Shown here: one piece after another, positions 14,676-24,099 of the stretch
How positions within the stretch are numbered: position 1 is the first letter of the stretch
How the letters are laid out: each line of letters opens with the position of its first letter
Origin: Christensenellaceae bacterium
GTDB taxonomy: Bacteria; Bacillota; Clostridia; Christensenellales; Borkfalkiaceae
Length of the DNA: 39,842 nt
Assembly: GCA_045644785.1 (NCBI GenBank)
Contig: JAZRHN010000027.1
Location: forward strand, 1-39,842
Direction of reading: 5' to 3'
Notes under the pieces: model-generated
The model's database searches: none
What the model was told of the DNA's origin: nothing
What the model saw: only the letters and a program-made list of their open reading frames with translations
Program-made: the position numbers and the translations under genes

Positions 14676-15242
14676 ATGGCAGAATTTGCTTCAAAAGGCG
14701 TTGCAGGTTCAGGTTTAGGACTTGGCATCGCAGGAACAGCGTTAGGTTTATTAGGTAATGGACTTGGCAATATGTTAGGCGGTTGGGGGAACGGCGGTTG
14801 CTGCAGTGAAAACACTATGGTAAACCGTTTTGAACTTAACCAGTCAGGAACTATTGCAAAGTTAGAAAGTGATATTGCATTAAGAGATGCTAATATCTAC
14901 AACGACCAAAAACTTTTAGAAGTTTACAAGTATTTTGACGGACAAGTAAAAGACATACGCGCGACAATATGCGCTAATGAAAAAGAAAGCGCCGTTAATA
15001 ATGCAAAAATCGAAGGCACGTTTGCGGTTCTTGGCGAAAGAATTACGGCGCAAAACAATCAATTTATGTGTGCGCTTAATAGAGAACGTGACGAAAGATG
15101 TTGTGCAGACAATTCAATAGTAACCTATGCAAATGCAACTTTCTATCCGAAATTAGTGGCTGACGTAACAGCAGGCACTACTACAACGGCACAGCCTACC
15201 TATAACCCAATTCCTAATTGCGGTTGTGGTTGCGGAAGATAA
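14676..15242 (+). CDS. Glycine-zipper / cysteine-rich protein of unknown function
   Basis: 188 aa. N-terminal GVAGSGLGLGIAGTALGLLGNGLGNMLGGWGNGGCC and C-terminal PNCGCGCGR. Strong AAGGAGA RBS. Confidence 0.65.
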   Translation: MAEFASKGVAGSGLGLGIAGTALGLLGNGLGNMLGGWGNGGCCSENTMVNRFELNQSGTIAKLESDIALRDANIYNDQKLLEVYKYFDGQVKDIRATICANEKESAVNNAKIEGTFAVLGERITAQNNQFMCALNRERDERCCADNSIVTYANATFYPKLVADVTAGTTTTAQPTYNPIPNCGCGCGR

Positions 15243-15301
15243 CAAGCAAAGTTGGTGGCGTGGTGTAACAATCGCGCCACTTTACTTAAAGGAAGTGTGT
15301 T

Positions 15302-15631
15302 ATGTTTGTAAGTGCAGAACAAATCCATAAAGGATTACATAGTTACATAGACAAGGAACTTGTTGCAAAGGCAGGGCAAGGTAAAAAGTTTTTAATATTA
15401 TTAGTTGAACCTTTGATAAAAGGCACGGTAAATAACTATATAGAAACTTATTCAAATGCCCCATTAACTAAAGAATTATTTGATGAGAATAAAAACGTCA
15501 ATTTAGATATGTTATATGATATGGCAAAAAACGCAATGTCAAAGAGTGGTTCTATCACAATGTATGGAATCGTTTTTGACGGAACTGATGTGACAAAGTT
15601 ATATAGTTATATAAAGGGGGAAATGTTATGA
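15302..15631 (+). CDS. Hypothetical protein
   Basis: 109-aa ORF with an AAGGAAG RBS. Confidence 0.6.
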   Translation: MFVSAEQIHKGLHSYIDKELVAKAGQGKKFLILLVEPLIKGTVNNYIETYSNAPLTKELFDENKNVNLDMLYDMAKNAMSKSGSITMYGIVFDGTDVTKLYSYIKGEML

Positions 15632-15945
15632 AAATATTAAAAGATATTATTGCTAAAATGGACGATACACTTGAAGAAATAGAATGGTATGCCGAAAAAG
15701 CACATCATTTAAGAAGTGAACACAAGCCATTAGCAGATACTTATATTAAAACGGCAGAAATGCACGTTGATATTTACAAGATGCTACACGAAAGGGCAGT
15801 TGCGTGTATTGAAGAAGAAAAGGCAAAAGGCGTTCCTGTTCCACCCGAAATGAAAGCCATTTGGGATTATGAGCACGAAAACCTTGTAAGAGATTTTGCA
15901 AAAGTAAAGTATCAAATAGAAGAATATAAAAAAATGGGCTATTAG
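15628..15945 (+). CDS. Hypothetical protein
   Basis: 105-aa ORF with an AAGGGGGA RBS and start/stop overlap. Confidence 0.6.
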   Translation: MKILKDIIAKMDDTLEEIEWYAEKAHHLRSEHKPLADTYIKTAEMHVDIYKMLHERAVACIEEEKAKGVPVPPEMKAIWDYEHENLVRDFAKVKYQIEEYKKMGY

Positions 15946-15961
15946 CCCTTAAGGAGAAATT

Positions 15962-16279
15962 ATGAGATTAACCGATAACAAAAAAGCAATAGAATTAAAC
16001 GAAAGAGCAAATCACACTCACGCCGAGAAGATTTACTTAAAACTAGCCAAGTATGAAGATGCGGAAGAGAAAAAAAACCTTTTCACTAAAAACCAAGTTA
16101 ATGCTGCGATTACAAAGTGCGCGGAAACACTAGGAAACATTGTCAAAGTACAAATTACTAACGAGATACTATTAACATTGGTAGCCGAAGTAAAAAAGAA
16201 AGAAACGGACGGCAAGGTGGCTTTTAAGGACGTTGAGAAGATTGCGAACGAAATAATTAAAAGGGTGGCAAAGAAATGA
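15962..16279 (+). CDS. Hypothetical protein
   Basis: 105-aa ORF with an AAGGAGA RBS. Confidence 0.6.
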   Translation: MRLTDNKKAIELNERANHTHAEKIYLKLAKYEDAEEKKNLFTKNQVNAAITKCAETLGNIVKVQITNEILLTLVAEVKKKETDGKVAFKDVEKIANEIIKRVAKK

Positions 16280-16641
16280 CAAAGTATGAAGTGAGAGATA
16301 AGTTAAGCGAATATTATAACGCGTGCCGAGAGGTAGATTGTTTGGCGAAACGATTGGAAAGGTTAAAGGCAATATCAGTGCCTAACAACGAAACTAATCA
16401 AAGGATTGAAGAAGTTATCAATCAATACAATAACGCGGTTATGGTAGCCGATTCTAGACTTGCAAGCACATTAGAAATAATAAATAAACTTAACAATACT
16501 GACGGAGACATTGATTTATTGTATAAATATCATATTGACGGATTGTCTGAACGCGCTATATCGAAACAGTTGCATTTGTCGGTTGATTACATAAGGATTA
16601 AACGCTGGCGAGCATATCATAAACTATCGAAATTAATATAA
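16276..16641 (+). CDS. Putative late-gene transcriptional regulator (sigma-70 region-4-like HTH; ArpU/RinA-like)
   Basis: The C-terminal LSERAISKQLHLSVDYIRIKRWRAYHKL resembles a sigma region 4 HTH. Located immediately upstream of the packaging genes. Confidence 0.5.
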   Translation: MTKYEVRDKLSEYYNACREVDCLAKRLERLKAISVPNNETNQRIEEVINQYNNAVMVADSRLASTLEIINKLNNTDGDIDLLYKYHIDGLSERAISKQLHLSVDYIRIKRWRAYHKLSKLI

Positions 16642-16646
16642 AGAAG

Positions 16647-16675
16647 AAGCCCCAAAAAAGGGGCTTTTTTATTTT
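16647..16675 (+). terminator. Rho-independent terminator (AAGCCCC-aaaaaa-GGGGCTT followed by a T-run)
   Basis: GC stem at 16649-16653 / 16660-16664 followed by TTTTTTATTTT. Confidence 0.8.
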
Positions 16676-16709
16676 AAATTTTTTGTAAAAAATAGAGGTT
16701 TTAGGAATT

Positions 16710-16759
16710 GATACGAAATGATACGAAATGATTCGGATTGATACGAAATGATACGAAAA
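16710..16759 (+). repeat. Five tandem 10-bp repeats GATACGAAAT (the third is degenerate, GATTCGGATT)
   Basis: Read directly from the sequence. Ends 8 nt before TATAAT at 16767-16772, which has no -35 element, and 46 nt before the small terminase ATG. Confidence 0.9.
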
Positions 16760-16804
16760 ATGGACTTATAATGCAATTATAAATTTCTTACAAGGAGAAT
16801 AACA

Positions 16805-17245
16805 ATGAGAGGCAAGGCGTTACCGCCTGAAGTAGTTGAAAAGATAAAAGTATGTGTTGCAAGTGGAATGTCATATTTGGAGACATCAAGAGTTAATGGT
16901 GTTGCGGATAGTACAGTACACGATGTAATGAATAGAGTGTTTGCCGACAAGGAAGAGACTAAAAGATTCGAGAAACTGCGGGAAAAGAAAAAAAGAGAAA
17001 TAGAAAAGAAAGCAAATGATGACTTTGACAAAATGATGAAGAAGAGTTTTGAAGAGTTATTTGAAGGTTCGGTCAAAGTAATAAAGCGTGCAATTAATGA
17101 AGAAAAGTTGACACCAAGAGAAGCAGTAACGATTTTAGGAACGACTTTTGATAAGAGACAAGTTATGACAGGCGGAAAGACTGCTAATGTCGGATTAAGT
17201 TTTGAAGACGTAATGAAAGAGATAAACAAGGGTAGCGAATATTGA
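16805..17245 (+). CDS. terS: Terminase small subunit (putative)
   Basis: 146 aa with an N-terminal HTH-like segment (MSYLETSRVNGVADSTVHDVMNR). Immediately precedes and overlaps the large terminase. Confidence 0.6.
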   Translation: MRGKALPPEVVEKIKVCVASGMSYLETSRVNGVADSTVHDVMNRVFADKEETKRFEKLREKKKREIEKKANDDFDKMMKKSFEELFEGSVKVIKRAINEEKLTPREAVTILGTTFDKRQVMTGGKTANVGLSFEDVMKEINKGSEY

Positions 17246-18903
17246 CAACACAAGAATATATCGAGAAGTTTTTGAAGATAAGAACTAAAGATATGCAAAT
17301 AATTCCGTTTAAGTTAAACAAACCGCAAATGAGATTATATAACGCGATTAAAAACCAAGCGGAACAAGGGAAACCTATTCGAATGATTGTGCTTAAGGCA
17401 AGACAAATGGGATTCTCAACATTAACGGAAGCGATTATCTTTAAGAACTGCGCGACAAAGAAAAATATTACGGCAGGTATTGTAGCGCACGAGTTAAGCG
17501 CAACAAATAACCTGTTTGAAATGTTTAAGAGATATTATAACAATTTACCTGAACCATTGAAGCCCGAAATGTTAAAGAGTAACGCGAAAGAGTTGGTATT
17601 CAATAACAAGGATAACACAGGTTTAGATAGCAGGATTCAGTTGTTTACTGCAGAGAGCCGAGACGGATTAGGGCGTTCGGGAACATTTAACTTATTGCAT
17701 TTATCAGAGTTTGCGTTTTGGAAAGACCAAAAGACAACATTAACGGCGTTATTACAAACCGTGCCTGACGATTCGAACAGTATTGTGATTATCGAATCGA
17801 CCGCTAATGGTTTTGACGACTTTAAGGAAAGGTGGGATAAAGCGATATCAGGCGAGAGCGAATATATTCCCGTCTTTTGTGCTTGGCACGAGTTGGAAGA
17901 ATACACGAAAGAGCCACCTGAAGATTTCAAGCCTACGCCCGAAGAAGCGTCTCTAAAGGCGTTATATGATTTGACGGACGGACAACTGTATTGGCGAAGA
18001 ACAAAGATTGCAACTACCTTTAATGGCGATATAGACCAATTTAAGCAAGAGTATCCTGCAAGCCCCGAAGAAGCGTTTATTGCTACGGGAAATTGCGTGT
18101 TTAACAAAGCATTAATTATTCAAAGACTTGCGGAATTAAGGAAAGTAGAACCGCTTAAGATAGGGCGTTTCGAATACAAAAAGGAAATCATATCTAGAGA
18201 TGTTTCTAGAATAACCGATATTAAGTGGGTTGACGATGTAAGCGGAGAGATAAGTATTTACGAACTTCCCGAAGTTAACGAGAAAGGGCAAAAGAAACCT
18301 TATGCGATTGGTGGAGACACCGCAGGGGAAGGAAGCGACTACTTTACTGCAAAAGTTATAGATAATATCACGCAAAAGTGTGTTGCGACCTATCGCAAAC
18401 AACGAATAGATGACGATTTGTATGCCGACCAAATGTATTGCTTGGGAATGTATTACAACGAAGCAATCATCGGAATAGAAACAAACTTTAGTGTAGCACC
18501 GACAAACGAACTTGTAAATCTAGGGTATTCGAATCTATATATGCGAGAGCAGGTTGATACGATTTCTAACAAGTTAGTTAAAAAATATGGTTTTAACACT
18601 AACAGGATAACAAGACCGCAGATAATAGCGGACTTTAAGGCTTTATTTAGAGAGTGTCCCGAAATAGAAAGTGACAAAGAGACTTTAAGGGAAATGCTGA
18701 CGTTTATTACGCACGATGACGGAAAGGAATCGGCAATGGACGGGAAACACGATGACTTGGTAATGGCGGACTGTATTGCACACTTTGTAAGTAAACAAGG
18801 AAGTTTTACTTGGACGAAAGCGGAAAGTAAAGAAGAATTTGACATATTAAAAGAATTTAAGGTTAGCGAACCTAAACAAGTTGGAGGGTTTATCGAGTGG
18901 TAA
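17242..18903 (+). CDS. terL: Terminase large subunit
   Basis: Walker-A-like VLKARQMGFST, Walker-B-like NLLHLSEFAFW, and nuclease motifs IGGDTAGEGSDYF and KHDDLVMAD. Confidence 0.9.
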   Translation: MTTQEYIEKFLKIRTKDMQIIPFKLNKPQMRLYNAIKNQAEQGKPIRMIVLKARQMGFSTLTEAIIFKNCATKKNITAGIVAHELSATNNLFEMFKRYYNNLPEPLKPEMLKSNAKELVFNNKDNTGLDSRIQLFTAESRDGLGRSGTFNLLHLSEFAFWKDQKTTLTALLQTVPDDSNSIVIIESTANGFDDFKERWDKAISGESEYIPVFCAWHELEEYTKEPPEDFKPTPEEASLKALYDLTDGQLYWRRTKIATTFNGDIDQFKQEYPASPEEAFIATGNCVFNKALIIQRLAELRKVEPLKIGRFEYKKEIISRDVSRITDIKWVDDVSGEISIYELPEVNEKGQKKPYAIGGDTAGEGSDYFTAKVIDNITQKCVATYRKQRIDDDLYADQMYCLGMYYNEAIIGIETNFSVAPTNELVNLGYSNLYMREQVDTISNKLVKKYGFNTNRITRPQIIADFKALFRECPEIESDKETLREMLTFITHDDGKESAMDGKHDDLVMADCIAHFVSKQGSFTWTKAESKEEFDILKEFKVSEPKQVGGFIEW

Positions 18904-19184
18904 GTAAAAAATATTTGCTTGAATTAATTAGAGAGCAAGACAAGAAGATTAAAGAACTTGAAGAGATTGTTCTTGATTATAGAGCATCTTGCGATAGAGA
19001 TGCAGAGATTAATGATAAGAGGACAAGTCAAACTTTTAATGCGTTAGTCGCGTTAAATAAGAAAATAAACGCGGTAAGCAAAAACGAAGGTAAGGAAGAG
19101 AACGACATAATAAATAAGTGGTTGACTGATGACCGAGTAGAAGAGGTTCAGTCATACCTACACAAAGGGGTTAAGCAATGTTAA
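18897..19184 (+). CDS. Hypothetical coiled-coil protein
   Basis: 95-aa ORF (GTG start) between terminase and portal. Confidence 0.5.
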   Translation: MVSKKYLLELIREQDKKIKELEEIVLDYRASCDRDAEINDKRTSQTFNALVALNKKINAVSKNEGKEENDIINKWLTDDRVEEVQSYLHKGVKQC

Positions 19185-21172
19185 GTCAAGAGCAGGCAAG
19201 TCAAATCTGGAAAGAATATGAAAACGGAAGAGGTTATCAAGCAACGTTAGGACTTGACCGAATTGTGCCTTTATGTGTGGACTTTTACGAAGGTAAGCAG
19301 TGGGGAACGATTAAGAAAGGGACTGAAAACTTTCCTAGACCTATAGTTAATTTTATAAAGATGATAGTAGATAACAAGAGGGCGAATTTAATGTCATCGC
19401 CTTTAAGGATAGTTTACAAATCGGATAATCCTAGCGAGATAACGGACAAGTTTAACCACTTTGCGGACTTTTGGCAAAAGGAAGCGCAAATCAAGTATTT
19501 AGATAGTGAAGCAATAAAGCAAGGCATTATTAAAGGAACTTACATCTATCACTACTATTGGGATAACGAAGCCGTTGGTAGAAGAGGCAAGGTTGACGGC
19601 GCATTAAGATGTCAACTTATCGATTTAAGAAACATTGTCTTTGCAAATCCGCAAGAAAAGGACGAGCAAAAACAGGAATGGATAATCATTGCATCTAGGG
19701 CAACTGTTAAAAGCGTTCAAGACAAGGTTGAGGGTAGCGTTAAAGATTTAATCGTGCCTGATAATGAAAATTACGATTATGACGGACAAATCGACCAAGA
19801 CGGAACGGAAATGGTAACGGTTTTAACTAAATACTACCGCAAGGACGGAGAAGTGTATTTTGTTAAGTCAACCAAGCAAGTTATGTTAACCGAAGAAATG
19901 TCACTTGCTCCTGATTACAAGAAAGCGTATGAAGCGGTTGAAGAGAAACTGAAGGAAACTAGCGAAGTAGATAGTACCAATCAAACGCCTGATATTCCCG
20001 AAGAAAAGGAAGATAGAAAGTATAAAGCAATTTTCTATCCACTTGTAGTAGGAAGTTACGAAGAACGCGAAGGTTCTATTTACGGAATAGGCGAAGTAGC
20101 AGGGCTTATCAATAATCAAAAGACAGTAAATAACATTTTAGCGTTGCAGGCATACGCAACGGAAAACAACGCTTTTGGAAAGATAGTCGTTAAAGGCGAT
20201 GCTTTAGGCGACCAAGTAATAGATAATCGCCCGGCGCAAATACTTTATGACTATTCTAGAACTAACGCACAAGGTATTTATCGATTAGCCGACCCACAAA
20301 TGTCTGAAATGCCTTTAAGAGAAATTGAAACGATTATGAGTTTATCTCGAAGCGTTACAGGTTCTACTGAAGTAATGAGTGGCGAAGTGTTAGGTAGGAA
20401 TATGTCGGGGCAAGCGATTGCGCAATTACAAAGTCAAGCGTTATTGCCTACCGAAGAGAAACGTCAAAGACTACAAAACACCAAGTTAAAGCAAGGGTTA
20501 ATTATGGAAATGTTTTTCCGCACCCATTATGACGAAGATAGAGAGTTTACCTATACGACTAATGAGAATAACGAAGAAGTTATTAAGAGCGATTTATTTA
20601 ACGCAAACGAATATACGGACGAATTATTCGAGATTGTAGTAGAAGTTACCGCAGGTACACGTTCAAGTGTTTCGGGTGATATAGCGATGTTAGATTTAGC
20701 ATTACAAACCAAAGCAATAGACTTCTTAACTTACATCAACCTTTATCCGACCGATGCGTTAAGTGATAAGTCAAAACTAATAGAAGAATTAGAAAACACG
20801 CAACAAGGCGAAAATGCCCAATTAAAGGCACAAAACGCACAACTAAACGAACAAGTTAAGAAACTTGCTGGCGTGGTTGCAAAACAGGACGAAGTAGTTC
20901 AGAAAGCAATTCAGTGCATAAGAGGGTATGAAGGATTGCAACAACTTGCAGTTAAGCAAAATGCCGAGTTTGGCGAGAAGATTCAAAACGCTAACAAGCA
21001 AATGAAATTGCAAGATGACTATATAAAGCAATCGGAAGTAGAGAAACAAAACTTATTTAATAATTCGGGCGATATGTTCAACCGTATGTGGAGTTATATG
21101 TCCGAAGAAGAAAGGGCAAGAGCGATTGCCGATATGAATACACAACAAGTAAATAAGGTGCAACAGCCTTAA
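19178..21172 (+). CDS. Portal protein (putative)
   Basis: 664 aa. Size and position directly after terL, before scaffold and capsid. Called mostly on synteny. Confidence 0.7.
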   Translation: MLSQEQASQIWKEYENGRGYQATLGLDRIVPLCVDFYEGKQWGTIKKGTENFPRPIVNFIKMIVDNKRANLMSSPLRIVYKSDNPSEITDKFNHFADFWQKEAQIKYLDSEAIKQGIIKGTYIYHYYWDNEAVGRRGKVDGALRCQLIDLRNIVFANPQEKDEQKQEWIIIASRATVKSVQDKVEGSVKDLIVPDNENYDYDGQIDQDGTEMVTVLTKYYRKDGEVYFVKSTKQVMLTEEMSLAPDYKKAYEAVEEKLKETSEVDSTNQTPDIPEEKEDRKYKAIFYPLVVGSYEEREGSIYGIGEVAGLINNQKTVNNILALQAYATENNAFGKIVVKGDALGDQVIDNRPAQILYDYSRTNAQGIYRLADPQMSEMPLREIETIMSLSRSVTGSTEVMSGEVLGRNMSGQAIAQLQSQALLPTEEKRQRLQNTKLKQGLIMEMFFRTHYDEDREFTYTTNENNEEVIKSDLFNANEYTDELFEIVVEVTAGTRSSVSGDIAMLDLALQTKAIDFLTYINLYPTDALSDKSKLIEELENTQQGENAQLKAQNAQLNEQVKKLAGVVAKQDEVVQKAIQCIRGYEGLQQLAVKQNAEFGEKIQNANKQMKLQDDYIKQSEVEKQNLFNNSGDMFNRMWSYMSEEERARAIADMNTQQVNKVQQP

Positions 21173-21225
21173 ATAAAAAATTTATTCCCAAGTAGGGTGG
21201 CGAAAGCCTAAAAGCAAGGAGATTT

Positions 21226-22062
21226 ATGGAAAATCAAAACATTTCTGCGCAAGAAACCGTTGAGACCACTGAAGTGACTACTAATGAAGTGGACGAGGAA
21301 GTCGTTATCGCAGAAGACGACGGGAAGGAAGTAGAACAATTATTTACCGATTCTGAAGAGACTGAAGACAATGCGGAAAGCGAAACCAAGACTGAAGAAA
21401 CTGAAGAAAAGGAAGAGAAGCCAAAACAAAGCAAAGAGAAAAACAAAGAGTTTGCCGAAAAACGCCGTGCGGAAAAAGCAAAGACTGAAGAAACCGAATT
21501 AAGAGTGTTAAAGGAATTTGTAGGCAAAAATCCTTACACTAATATGCCTATCGAAACGCTTCGTGACGTCAAAATTTATAAAACTATGAAGCAAATCGAA
21601 AAAGACGGTGGAGACCCAGTCCAAGACTTTCACAAATACGCTGGTTTAGAAGAACAAAAGGCGATAGATACTGAAAAGTCACGCGCGGAAAACATCAAAA
21701 AAGATGTTGCGGAATTTAAGACGGCATTCCCCGATGTTAACTTAAACGAATTAAGTCAAGATAAAGACTTTGTAAAATTCTCGAATAAGTTACTCGGTAA
21801 AGTTTCACTTAAGGAAGTTTACGAAGCGTACAAAGACGTTAAGGATAGCCTTAAGGTTAATGCGGAAGAGTCGGCTAAAAAGGAAATAGCAAAAAAAATC
21901 GCAAAGGATAATACCTCTGCTGGAAATTTAGCGACATCAGGCAATGCCAATGCGCCTATGTACACGCTAGAACAAATCGGTAAGATGAGCCGTTCCGAAA
22001 TCGATAAGAATTGGAAAGACGTTGAAGCATCTTACAACTATTGGCAAAAACACAAAAAATAA
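21226..22062 (+). CDS. Scaffolding protein (putative)
   Basis: 278 aa with an acidic E/T-rich N-terminus and helical character. Lies between portal and capsid. Confidence 0.55.
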   Translation: MENQNISAQETVETTEVTTNEVDEEVVIAEDDGKEVEQLFTDSEETEDNAESETKTEETEEKEEKPKQSKEKNKEFAEKRRAEKAKTEETELRVLKEFVGKNPYTNMPIETLRDVKIYKTMKQIEKDGGDPVQDFHKYAGLEEQKAIDTEKSRAENIKKDVAEFKTAFPDVNLNELSQDKDFVKFSNKLLGKVSLKEVYEAYKDVKDSLKVNAEESAKKEIAKKIAKDNTSAGNLATSGNANAPMYTLEQIGKMSRSEIDKNWKDVEASYNYWQKHKK

Positions 22063-22080
22063 TTAGGAGATTAAAAAATT

Positions 22081-23001
22081 ATGGCATACGAAAATTTTAT
22101 TTCAACCGTAGAAGCAAAGAAACTTTTAGATGAAAGAGATAAATATCTCATTTTAGCAGACCACTGTACCCGTGAATGGGAAGGCGAAATCAAAAAGAAA
22201 GGCGATTCAGTTACTATTAAGGGTTTAGGAAGACCTACTATTTATAGCCTTAATGCTAAAGGCGATTATACCGCTAACGGCGTTGGTACTGGTAGTGTAG
22301 CAGGTAAAGGTAAAGACGTTATTCATAAGGGCATTCCTTCTGCTGAAGAACTTACCACTTTTGAAAAGAAATTTGAAGTTAATCAAATCGCAGTATTTAA
22401 CTATTTAGCAGGCGATATTGACGAACAACAATCTTCTTTCAAGGGTATCGTTGATAGAGCAAGACCCAAGACTGCACAAGATATTGCTGCATTACAAGAT
22501 GAACGCGTAAGAGACGTTATTATTGCAGTAGAAGAATGCAAAGCATACGAAAATGCAATCAAACTTTCTTCTGGTGTAGCAGGTTCAGGCGAAACCAATA
22601 TTCTTGATTTCGTAGATGAAGTTGTTATGCAATTACGTAATAACAACGTAAAAGATAGCGAAGAATTATTCGGCGAATGTTCTCCTGCTTTCTTACGTAG
22701 ATTAAAAGTTGCATTAAGAAACATTGATACTAACAATTCTAAAATCGTTCGTGGTAGAGAATGTACTTCATATAACGGCGTAAACTTCTTTATGGCTAAT
22801 GCAATGGTTAAGGGTGAAGATGAATATGTATTCATTAGAACTAAAGATTCAGTAGCGTTCTTTGACCCCTTAACGAAGGTAGAAGCATATCGTCCTGAAG
22901 GCGGTTTCGCTGATGCAATCAAAGGCTTCAACTTATTTGATGCTGGCGTTGTTGACGAAAAGGCTTGTAAGTTTGCTAAAATTAGCGGTTACGCAGGTTA
23001 A
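22081..23001 (+). CDS. Major capsid protein (putative)
   Basis: 306 aa with a strong RBS. Followed by a strong terminator. Called on synteny. Confidence 0.65.
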   Translation: MAYENFISTVEAKKLLDERDKYLILADHCTREWEGEIKKKGDSVTIKGLGRPTIYSLNAKGDYTANGVGTGSVAGKGKDVIHKGIPSAEELTTFEKKFEVNQIAVFNYLAGDIDEQQSSFKGIVDRARPKTAQDIAALQDERVRDVIIAVEECKAYENAIKLSSGVAGSGETNILDFVDEVVMQLRNNNVKDSEELFGECSPAFLRRLKVALRNIDTNNSKIVRGRECTSYNGVNFFMANAMVKGEDEYVFIRTKDSVAFFDPLTKVEAYRPEGGFADAIKGFNLFDAGVVDEKACKFAKISGYAG

Positions 23002-23014
23002 GAATAATAGAGTT

Positions 23015-23057
23015 GCAGGGAAGGGAGAAAATCCCTTCCTATGCAATTTTTGTTTTT
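23015..23057 (+). terminator. Rho-independent terminator after the capsid gene
   Basis: GCAGGGAAGGGA-gaaaa-TCCCTTCCTATGC followed by AATTTTTGTTTTT. Confidence 0.7.
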
Positions 23058-23068
23058 GGAGATAGGAA

Positions 23069-23812
23069 ATGACGATTGGGGAAATTAAACTCGAAAGTTT
23101 GCGTTTAATGAGCGCGAACGATGAAGATTTAAGTGTAGAAAATCTTGATGTTTATAAGCAAGACGATAGATACAAGGAATATCTTGACAAGATGCACGGT
23201 GCAATAAACCGAGCAATTTCAAGATTTATGATTTATAAGGTTATACCGACAAAGACTGCCGAAGTGATGCCGTCACAAGGGGAAACCTTAAAGCAATACT
23301 TAAAATTTAATTTGAAAAAGATTATACCCGACTTTGGCAACTTGGAAAGGGTAATTTACATAAGCGAACGCGTTGTTCCTAATGTGGACTTTGAAAGCGT
23401 TACGGACGGCGTGATTTTAATTCCGTTTTCTTCTAACTATGTGTTTAAGGGTGTGGCTGACAACTTCCCCGAAACATCACAAGAAGGAAACGCGTATAAC
23501 GTAAATGGCGTGTGTAAGTATTGGAATGGTAGCGAGTGGGAAGAAGTTAACGAAGACGAAATGTTTAACATTGAATACGCGCCTATATTAAAGCCGATTA
23601 CGGCTACAACTGATAATAGCGAAACGCTTAATATTCCCGAAGCGCTTGCAAGGATTATTCCATATTTCATTAAAGCGGAATTATACGAGCAAGACGAACC
23701 CGAGTTATCGGCGACTGCTAGAAATATATTTGAAAGTGCTTTAACGGAATACGTTTCCTTTGGTATGGCAAGAAAGCAAAGGCAACAATACGTTAAAAAC
23801 ACGATGTTATAG
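23069..23812 (+). CDS. Hypothetical virion protein (head-tail adaptor position)
   Basis: 247-aa ORF with a GGAGATAGG RBS. Function assigned on synteny only. Confidence 0.5.
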   Translation: MTIGEIKLESLRLMSANDEDLSVENLDVYKQDDRYKEYLDKMHGAINRAISRFMIYKVIPTKTAEVMPSQGETLKQYLKFNLKKIIPDFGNLERVIYISERVVPNVDFESVTDGVILIPFSSNYVFKGVADNFPETSQEGNAYNVNGVCKYWNGSEWEEVNEDEMFNIEYAPILKPITATTDNSETLNIPEALARIIPYFIKAELYEQDEPELSATARNIFESALTEYVSFGMARKQRQQYVKNTML

Positions 23813-24099
23813 TGGCAAAGATTAAAGAGAAACTAAAAAAGACTTGGCGTTGGTTAAGAGCAAATGCAATAAATAAAGAAATGATAGTTTATATTCTCAT
23901 TTCGGAATTGATATTTTGGTCGCCGTGTATTGTATGTGCTTTTCTTGCAATAACAGTAAACGCTTGGTGGTGGACGGCTTTTGGTGCGATATGCGCGTTT
24001 TGGGCTGGACCGTTTACACCAGCAGTACCTTTACAAATAGGGCTTGCGGTGTTGATTAAGAAGATATTTAAAAGGAAGAAATATGAAAATAAACACTGA
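23812..24099 (+). CDS. Small membrane protein
   Basis: 95 aa with hydrophobic helices (IVYILISELIFWSPCIVCAFLAI and AICAFWAGPFTPAVPLQIGLAVLI). GTG start with a weak RBS. Confidence 0.45.
   Translation: MAKIKEKLKKTWRWLRANAINKEMIVYILISELIFWSPCIVCAFLAITVNAWWWTAFGAICAFWAGPFTPAVPLQIGLAVLIKKIFKRKKYENKH

Noticed and set aside
16710-16759. Tandem repeats that might be read as a CRISPR array
   Set aside because: The units are 10 bp and directly abutting, with no spacers, and there are no cas genes. This is a simple tandem repeat or protein-binding array.
16777-17298. 173-aa minus-strand ORF, and similar antisense ORFs (17637-18107, 18136-18432, 18453-18845, 22401-22931, 23437-23802, 29436-29813, 33793-34134, and others)
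   Set aside because: All lie antisense to well-supported plus-strand genes. They lack an RBS and have the Ser/Leu/Phe-rich composition typical of shadow ORFs opposite Lys/Glu-rich genes.
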